Of a stretch of 6,581 nt of DNA, positions 1 through 5,476 are shown piece after piece. The position numbers and the translations under genes are program-made. The notes below the pieces were generated by a model. The model had not been told where the DNA came from. It saw only the letters and a list, made by a program, of their open reading frames with translations, and searched no databases. How positions within the stretch are numbered: the stretch's first letter is position 1; each line of letters opens with the position of its first letter. This DNA is from Dictyostelium discoideum. Its lineage: Eukaryota. The DNA lies in contig CH709156.1 of NCBI GenBank assembly GCA_000004695.1, forward strand, positions 1 to 6,581, in the 5' to 3' direction.

Positions 1-123
1 AGGTGTACCGAATGGAGCGACATTCACTTGGAAGTTAGATGGAAAGTTGAATACTTTATTCAATTCGGATATCTCATCTTTCTTGAGGATACATTCTTCT
101 TCGACAAGTAAACCTTGATTGAG
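1..123 (-). CDS. Alternate-frame open segment overlapping the 3' end of the 60-398 ORF, translating ...LNQGLLVEEECILKKDEISELNKVFNFPSNFQVNVAPFGTP and running off the window edge. Likely the same gene after a frameshift or unrecognised splice.
   Basis: Manual translation of the minus strand. The frame opens after a TGA at 126-124, has no stop down to base 1 and is not low-complexity. It overlaps the annotated ORF by ~60 nt. Confidence 0.3.
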
Positions 124-398
124 TCAAGAGTAATAATGAGACCTTTGAACGACCACTTCACCAAGTCTGATTCATCTTCACTTTGTTCATTCTCGGTGTC
201 AGAGTTATCATGAGAAGGTTGGCTACGTGAGTTGGTATTAGAAGAGAACATAGGTTCTTTCATGAATCTTGTAAAGGCTAAGGAAAGATTGTTGATTTGA
301 TCCTCCATTGATTTCATTCTTAAATCAAAGGATTCAGCGCTATTAGAGGCAGAGGTACTACTACTTGAGGCATCATTATTATTAACAGTGGTAGACAT
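60..398 (-). CDS. Hypothetical S/N-rich protein, N-terminal segment (112 codons). The reading frame probably continues in another frame toward position 1.
   Basis: ORF track: ATG at 398-396 (minus strand) in an aaaatATG context, S/N-rich low-complexity N-terminus typical of this genome. The stop is TGA at ~62-60, but an alternate minus-strand frame is open from 123 to 1. Confidence 0.4.
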   Translation of the reverse strand: MSTTVNNNDASSSSTSASNSAESFDLRMKSMEDQINNLSLAFTRFMKEPMFSSNTNSRSQPSHDNSDTENEQSEDESDLVKWSFKGLIITLDSIKVYLSKKNVSSRKMRYPN

Positions 399-486
399 AT
401 TTTATTGTTGATATCTAAAATTATAATATGAGAAAAATAATAATATTAAAAATTAATAAAGAGAAATAATTATTTGTATAAAATTT

Positions 487-498
487 GTGTGTGTGTGT
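487..498. repeat. (GT)6 microsatellite
   Basis: tgtgtgtgtgtg read directly. Confidence 0.9.
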
Positions 499-618
499 AT
501 CTTAAATATATATAGGAGGAATTCCCAAATAAAATAAATCAAATTGTTTTAGTTTTTAGTGCCACTATTTATACGTTTTTATTTTCTTAAAAATTTCGCA
601 AAACTCAAAAAAATAAGA

Positions 619-721
619 GTTTTCGACACTTCACAACTTTGTGCATAGTGTCGGTTCGGAATTTTTCAGTTTTTCGACCTTACACAATGATCGCGTCATT
701 GTGCCGGTTCGAAATTTTTAC
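619..721. repeat. Two diverged tandem copies (~50 and ~53 bp) of a GC-richer unit (tttcgac..cacaa..gtgcat..gtg(t/c)cggttcg(g/a)aattttt). Each contains a short internal palindrome (cgacact/agtgtcg; acaatga/tcattgt).
   Basis: Direct comparison of 619-668 with 669-721. Shared blocks are ttttcgac, cacaa, gtgc, cggttcg and aattttt. Confidence 0.6.
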
Positions 722-747
722 TTTTCTTTCGAAAATTTTTTATTCTT

Positions 748-767
748 CGAATGTTCTAGAACATTCT
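748..767. promoter_or_regulatory. Canonical heat-shock element: four contiguous alternating nGAAn/nTTCn pentamers (cGAAtgTTCtaGAAcaTTCt). Also a perfect 18-bp palindrome GAATGTTCTAGAACATTC at 749-766.
   Basis: Read directly. GAA 749-751, TTC 754-756, GAA 759-761 and TTC 764-766 show 2-nt spacing throughout. It lies ~80 bp upstream of the integrase ATG (847) and ~350 bp upstream of the divergent minus-strand ATG (398). Confidence 0.55.
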
Positions 768-820
768 AAAAAATTATCTTAAATATTTGGGAAATTCAAA
801 TAAATAAATGTTATTCATAA

Positions 821-835
821 TATATATATATATAT
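821..835. repeat. (TA)7-8 microsatellite just upstream of the integrase ATG
   Basis: tatatatatatatat read directly. Confidence 0.9.
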
Positions 836-846
836 GATAATATAAA

Positions 847-2298
847 ATGGACTTCTCTCAAATTACTAACTCTCTTAAAAATTCTTTTTGTGATAATAAT
901 TATTTTAATACAGGTATCATTCTTGATGAAATGAAGATCGTTAAGGAAATTTCGAAAGGTTATGAATTGGAAACTAAACTCATTATGTCTGAAGTCATCA
1001 ACGACCAGTATAAGAGCTTAAATATTACATATCAAAATGGTATCAAATGGATCAAGATTGACAATCAACTTAAAATCGTCGTCCCTCAAATTGACGATGT
1101 CATCCATTTAATCATTTCAAGTTATCATGATTCTGCTATTGCTGGACACTGGAGTAATCGTAAAACTTCTGAATTAGTCAAAAGAAATTTCTACTGGTAT
1201 GGAATGATGGAAGATATCCAACTCTACTGCAAGAATTGCAAAGTTTGTCTATGCGCCACAGATGCACACCAAAGAGCCATGGGATTGTACTTGCCATCTC
1301 ATGTACCTGTCAGATGCTTCATGGAAATCAATATGGACTTTATATCCGGGTTGGATGCCTGCACTGTTGATCAAGTTGAGTATACAAGAATATTGGTAGT
1401 AGTTGACCGTCTATCAAAGTTTGTAGTACTCATTCCCATTCCAAATCATACAACGTCAATTCAAGTTATCAACTTTATTCAAGATCAAGTCTTCTTTACG
1501 TTCGGTATGCCATCAGTCATCATCAGCGATAATGATCCTTTGTTCACATCAATACCTTGGAAGAAATGGATACAAGCCAACAATATTACTCACAATACAT
1601 GCCTACCTTACCACCATCAAGGTAATGGTCAAGCTGAAATCATGGTCAGAATTGTCACAAATGCTCTCAGAAAGTGCCTAATCAATTCCAAGTTTGTTTC
1701 TAATCCAGATATATCATCCATTGAGTTAAATAATATTCAAAATGATTGGGTCGGTTACTTGAAAAGTGTACAATTCTGCATCAACAATACTGTTTCTGAA
1801 AGTACTTCATTTACACCATTTCAAGTTCTCACTGGTTCTCATACAAGGTCTCCAATATCATTAATCATGCAATATGAAGACGACAAGTACTCAAGATCTT
1901 TAGGGTTGGACAAGAAGTCGTATTGTGAATTCGTTCAACACAAACTCAATATCCTAGATGTGGTCCAAGATAACCTGACTGATAGTATCGAACGTTCAAG
2001 ACAGCAGTATAATAAGAATAAATCACCTAATATCCTGGTGGAAGGTGATATAGTATATCTTCAAGAACTCAATACTGGTGCGCACCCAATTAGAAAGTTA
2101 GATATCCGAAGGACAGGGCCATATACAGTATGTAAACTCATGGAGAAGGGTAACGTTATGGTCCGTTTGTTCAAGAGTGATGAGGTTAAAGATGAACAAG
2201 TGGTTCACATTTCAAGACTAACTCTGGTTCCTAGTGCTGGTTACATTTCCCACATCGATCAATCTTCTTTTGATAATCCCAATTTAGACGTCGAATGA
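847..2298 (+). CDS. Ty3/gypsy-type retrotransposon integrase (IN) ORF. It is isolated, with no reverse transcriptase or RNase H in frame upstream; a frame-1 stop TAA lies at 838-840.
   Basis: HHCC zinc finger YHDSAIAGH...FYWYGMMEDIQLYCKNCKVC (nt 1126-1239). Catalytic D164 (MDFISGLD, nt 1336-1338), D228 (IISDNDPLFTS, nt 1528-1530) and E264 (YHHQGNGQAE, nt 1636-1638) give exact D,D(35)E spacing. GDIVYLQ motif and GPY/F module RRTGPYTV (nt 2116-2124). Confidence 0.9.
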   Translation: MDFSQITNSLKNSFCDNNYFNTGIILDEMKIVKEISKGYELETKLIMSEVINDQYKSLNITYQNGIKWIKIDNQLKIVVPQIDDVIHLIISSYHDSAIAGHWSNRKTSELVKRNFYWYGMMEDIQLYCKNCKVCLCATDAHQRAMGLYLPSHVPVRCFMEINMDFISGLDACTVDQVEYTRILVVVDRLSKFVVLIPIPNHTTSIQVINFIQDQVFFTFGMPSVIISDNDPLFTSIPWKKWIQANNITHNTCLPYHHQGNGQAEIMVRIVTNALRKCLINSKFVSNPDISSIELNNIQNDWVGYLKSVQFCINNTVSESTSFTPFQVLTGSHTRSPISLIMQYEDDKYSRSLGLDKKSYCEFVQHKLNILDVVQDNLTDSIERSRQQYNKNKSPNILVEGDIVYLQELNTGAHPIRKLDIRRTGPYTVCKLMEKGNVMVRLFKSDEVKDEQVVHISRLTLVPSAGYISHIDQSSFDNPNLDVE

Positions 2299-3199
2299 GT
2301 CAAGAAATCCCGACACGAATGGCCAGGTTAGTCATGGTAATGACACGTCACCATCAGACGTTGATCTTACAAGGGATCAGTCCAGGTCATTACAGTTATC
2401 ATCACCATCATTTTCTGATAATGATAATAATATTATTGATACTAATAATTCATATATAGGTAATGCTGCAGCTCAAGATGATCGATCAATTTCAATTCAT
2501 GTACATGATAAAGATTTAGTTGCCATTGGTCCATCCATAAGTATGGATAATCACTCAATCTCAAGTAATGCTTTACATACTGATAATCATTCAATCAATT
2601 TTGGTATTTCTCATATGGATCAATCTGGTAATAGTTCCACTCAGTTGGAAAAAGAGGGTAGATTATTATCAAATAATAATAACAATTCTAGCAATATAGT
2701 AAATAATAATACATCAGCCCAACATCAATCATCGATTCAAGATATAGATTGGAATAATAATCCGGTAAATAATAAAAATAGTATATCAACAATATCAGAA
2801 CCAATTGGTAGCAATGATTTTAATCAATCAATTCAACAACAGAATAATATCAATCTCAATAAACTAATCAATACAGAATCACTAAAGAATAATATAAAGA
2901 GTAAATCATTTATAAATAGAATCAATCAACTCAAAGAATATGAGACTAGTAGTGAATATGATCGCAAGCCCAATAATAGCAGTAATCAACTAATCACAGA
3001 ACTAATGTTATCACCAATACCACCAAATACATTTACAATAATAAAGAAAAGGACATACAAAATAGTTAATAAGAATAAAACATTTATAGAGTATCTAATT
3101 TCAGTATCAGATTCACTAGCATGGGTATCAGCAGTAACAATGAAAAGACAACATAATCAACAAGAAATCAATTTGAAAATTATATCAAATCAGGACTAG
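2288..3199 (+). pseudogene. +1-frame continuation of the integrase reading frame (open from 2288, overlapping the IN stop at 2296-2298). Asn/Ser-rich low-complexity linker plus a C-terminal chromodomain-like segment (TFTIIKKRTYKIVNKNKTFIEYLISVSDSLAWVSAVTM, nt 3029-3142). The ORF track reports only the ATG-initiated part, 2543-3199.
   Basis: Manual translation: frame 2 has a stop at 2285-2287 and is then open to the TAG at 3197-3199. The chromo-like call rests on a loose match to the chromodomain pattern (hydrophobic-x-V/I-E/K...R...EYL[VI]..., then a W-containing strand). Terminal chromodomains follow the GPY/F module in chromoviruses such as Skipper, which is established knowledge. Confidence 0.45.
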
Positions 3200-3353
3200 A
3201 AAATAAACAATAAAATTCTAAAATTTAAAATAAATAAACAGTATAATTAAATTCGCAGTAAAAATCTACCCCATAAACCTGAAATCAGTATTGGTCTATA
3301 TTGAGAAATAACAAAGAATGAATAAAAGTATAAAAATAGAATTCTTAAAATAG

Positions 3354-3388
3354 GTTGTAACAAGATCTCAAAAAAATATCTTGTTAAT
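3354..3388. repeat. Perfect 9-bp inverted repeat taacaagat / atcttgtta with an 11-nt A-rich loop
   Basis: Read directly. Confidence 0.7.
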
Positions 3389-3411
3389 ACTAATATTTAT
3401 TTAATTTTATG

Positions 3412-3433
3412 AAATGTTCTAAACAGAACATTT
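3412..3433. repeat. Perfect 9-bp inverted repeat aaatgttct / agaacattt with a 4-nt loop (aaac). It shares the AATGTTCT/AGAACATT half-sites with the palindrome at 749-766.
   Basis: Read directly. Confidence 0.7.
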
Positions 3434-3712
3434 AAAAATAACTATTAATATTGAATTGATAATTTAATATTAAATTATTACTAACTTAATTCATTTTAAT
3501 AAATTGTTTCATTTTATATAATAAATTCACTAAACACAACTAAACAATAATTCAAAAATAAATAATAATAATTTAGAATATAGTTTTGTTTCAACATTTT
3601 GTTATGACACATACAATTCAGAAAATAATAATAATTTATTTTATTATTTTGTTTAAAGGGGTTATCTCCCGTTGTAATTAAATTTAATTAATTTTAAATT
3701 AAATTTAATTTT

Positions 3713-3713
<1 letters not shown>

Positions 3714-3750
<37 letters not shown>
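3714..3750. repeat. Poly(A) tract of 37 A residues, preceded by an AT palindromic repeat (aattaaatttaatt x2, 3676-3710)
   Basis: Counted directly. Confidence 0.9.
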
Positions 3751-3755
<5 letters not shown>

Positions 3756-3925
3756 TTGAATTTCACAAAAAGTTTTCATAACAGATATTAGATACCAGAT
3801 ATTAAAAATGCCACACACAAAATCACCAAATAAAATAATAATATAAATTTAAAAATAATTTAATTAGAAGAGAAAATAATAATTAAATTAAAATAATATA
3901 ATATTGTAGTTTAAATTGGATCTAA

Positions 3926-4053
3926 CCCTATCGGCCGAGGTTGGAGTAGTTAATAGATTTGAGTTCGCTCAAATCTAAGGACTATAAAAGGGAACTAGGT
4001 TTCCAATTCAACCTCAGTAGTAAATATATACAAATAATAAAAACACGATAGGG
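3926..4053. ncRNA. Candidate structured element (ncRNA or transposon-terminal structure) in a GC-richer island. Not a tRNA.
   Basis: The outer stem is ccctatcg 3926-3933 pairing with cgataggg 4046-4053. The inner stem is gaggttg 3937-3943 pairing with caacctc 4010-4016. A central perfect 9-bp stem agatttgag/ctcaaatct carries a UUCG tetraloop (3955-3976). A TATA-like ctataaaag lies at 3983-3991. GC content is clearly above the flanking ~90% AT sequence. No tRNA A/B boxes or cloverleaf were found on either strand. Confidence 0.3.
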
Positions 4054-4166
4054 CTACGGTCATTAATTAATTTTGTGTACATTTATTTCTTAAATAATTA
4101 ATCATTTTACTTTAATAATAGAATAAATAAATAATTAAATTTTATTAAATAATTTATTTTAAGAGA

Positions 4167-4508
4167 ATGTCGACTAATAATAACGAAGATATTGATAATT
4201 ATGAATTGCAACAACAGGATAATGAGGAACAACAACAACCACAGGTATCAACATTCAATGAACAGCAACGTCAGATAAGGGAACAGCAGCAGGTAATAGA
4301 TAAACAAAATCAACAACACATTCAATTAATAAATCAACAATCTCAACAACAATTGAATAATCATACGACACCACCATCATCACCCAACATTACAACACCA
4401 ATAACTTCAGCAGCAATAACCAACACAATAAAGATATCATTAGGAAAAATTAACACTGATGATACCGACCACCAGTTGTTACATATCCCTCTAAATATAA
4501 AATTCTAA
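4167..4508 (+). CDS. Small Gln-rich hypothetical protein (113 aa)
   Basis: ORF track: ATG in an aagagaATGtc context, Q/N-rich, P/T-rich C-terminal half. No homology recognised. It may be ORF1 of the downstream transposon-like unit or an independent gene. Confidence 0.35.
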   Translation: MSTNNNEDIDNYELQQQDNEEQQQPQVSTFNEQQRQIREQQQVIDKQNQQHIQLINQQSQQQLNNHTTPPSSPNITTPITSAAITNTIKISLGKINTDDTDHQLLHIPLNIKF

Positions 4509-4557
4509 GTACTAAATCATATATCTACTTGCCATAATGCTAAAATTTGAATAAAAT

Positions 4558-4608
4558 GAAAAAAAAAAAAAAAAAACGTAAAAACTCGAGGAAAAAAAAA
4601 AAAAAAAA
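4558..4608. repeat. Two poly(A) tracts (A19 at 4558-4576 and A17 at 4592-4608) flanking a cgtaaaaactcgagg spacer
   Basis: Counted directly. They explain the artefactual KKKKKK N-terminus of track ORF 4547, which starts at TTG rather than ATG. Confidence 0.85.
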
Positions 4609-4639
4609 TATTATTTTTAATTTCCAGCCAGCAAACAAA

Positions 4640-5476
4640 ATGAATTTAAATAACATATCATGCATTAATTGCAGAGAAAAATTAAAGAATTTTAAAAATA
4701 TTATTATTCATTATATTATGCATAAAAATATATGTCCATTTTGTCTTGCATATTACCGTTCTTATAAACAATTTTATGATGTAAATGGACATTCCAACAT
4801 CAAAAAATGTAAAAATGAACAAAATAAAATTATTACAAATAATCAAAAAAGAGATAGCTTTTATAAAAAATTAATGGATATTACTGGTGAAAAAATAAAA
4901 TATCCAACAAATGATTCAGATGACCCATGTAAACATTTATGTAACCAAAACCAAGATGAAATTTTTTATCAAGAAAATAATGAAAATAATGAAAATAATC
5001 AAACAATTGATAATGAAGAAAATCATGATATAATTGGGTTGGTACATAGTGAAGATGAAAACAATGAAATTAGAATAGATGAAAATGAAGCAAACATTAA
5101 TAATGAAAATAATGAAAATAATGAAAATGAAAATGCTCAAAACGAACCAATAAATAATAATCTAAATAATAATTTAGATAATGAAAAATCAAAAAAAAAA
5201 TTAAATGAAACTGAAATTGAATTTTTAATGTTGGGAATTGAAAACTCAATAAGTTTAAAGCTACTTGAAAAATTTAAAAGTTTTATTGACAAAAATAAAA
5301 CCAATTTAAATCAAATAAGATACACACCTCAATATATGGATAAATTATTTATGGAAGATTTTCAAATAAAAGGAGAAACATTTATAAATAAAAATTATGA
5401 TCACTCAATTTTTTATTTTGAAATTAAAAAAGTATTAGAAACTTTATTAAATAAAAAGCAATTTTTGAAAGAATAG
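4640..5476 (+). CDS. N-terminal part of a TNP2/CACTA-KDZ-like transposase: zinc-finger domain (C-x2-C-x12-H-x3-H at nt 4661-4723, then CPFC) plus an acidic N/E-rich repeat region
   Basis: First in-frame ATG after the poly(A) tracts (4640, MNLNNISCINCREKLKNFKNIIIHYIMHKNICPFC...). Zinc-binding N-termini (Transpos_assoc-type CxxC...CxxC) are characteristic of TNP2-family transposases, which is established knowledge. The stop is at 5474-5476. Confidence 0.55.
   Translation: MNLNNISCINCREKLKNFKNIIIHYIMHKNICPFCLAYYRSYKQFYDVNGHSNIKKCKNEQNKIITNNQKRDSFYKKLMDITGEKIKYPTNDSDDPCKHLCNQNQDEIFYQENNENNENNQTIDNEENHDIIGLVHSEDENNEIRIDENEANINNENNENNENENAQNEPINNNLNNNLDNEKSKKKLNETEIEFLMLGIENSISLKLLEKFKSFIDKNKTNLNQIRYTPQYMDKLFMEDFQIKGETFINKNYDHSIFYFEIKKVLETLLNKKQFLKE
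4973..5135 (+). repeat. Coding trinucleotide/9-mer repeats (AATAATGAA)n encoding (NEN)n in two blocks (~4973-5000 and ~5099-5135)
   Basis: Read directly. They give rise to the spurious antisense ORF 4937-5140. Confidence 0.8.

Larger units (their letters stand above)
847..3199 (+). mobile_element. 5'-truncated and frameshifted 3' pol fragment (IN + C-terminal extension) of a Ty3/gypsy chromovirus-like LTR retrotransposon (Skipper-like). No LTR was recognised in the window.
   Basis: Integrase motifs as above. No RT/RH upstream, no convincing LTR or PPT downstream, and the reading frame is broken at 2288-2298. Confidence 0.6.

Noticed and set aside
516-527. GGAGGAATTCC / GGAATTCC palindrome (NF-kB-like, EcoRI site)
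   Set aside because: A single 8-bp palindrome in a promoter-like spacer, with no supporting context.
3300-3760. 3' LTR with polypurine tract following the pol fragment (purine-rich 3304-3340 then TGTAACA...)
   Set aside because: No matching 5' repeat. Similarity between 700-846 and 3360-3520 beyond the shared palindrome is at the level expected for AT-rich DNA, and no TG...CA-bounded unit could be defined.
3917-4062. Possible tRNA gene in the GC-richer island, suggested by GGCCGAG, gagttcg and ggttgaattgg fragments
   Set aside because: No canonical A box (TRGCNNAGTGG) or B box (GGTTCGANTCC) on either strand. gagttcgctc sits in a hairpin loop rather than a T-arm, and no cloverleaf can be drawn.
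4577-4627. Intron (gtaaaa...tttccag) in the 5' region of the transposase gene
   Set aside because: The sequence is mostly poly(A) with a ctcgag in the middle, and no upstream coding exon ends in a compatible phase. Better explained as an A-rich promoter or 5' UTR.
4547-4639. N-terminal MNKMKKKKKKRKNSRKKKKK of track ORF 4547-5476
   Set aside because: It starts at TTG (4547), not ATG, and is a translation of two poly(A) tracts. The biologically plausible start is ATG 4640 (or ATG 4556 at most).
4937-5140. Minus-strand 67-aa ORF (MSIFIFIIF...)
   Set aside because: Antisense of the (AATAATGAA)n coding repeat, giving an Ile/Phe-only low-complexity translation. Artefact of an AT-rich repeat.
5432-5476. 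Short intron (gtattag...aatag) joining the two transposase ORFs
   Set aside because: 45 nt is below usual Dictyostelium intron size and the phase is wrong: length must be congruent to 2 mod 3 to move from frame 2 to frame 1, but 45 and 57 nt (to the AG at 5488) are both congruent to 0. A frameshift is more parsimonious.
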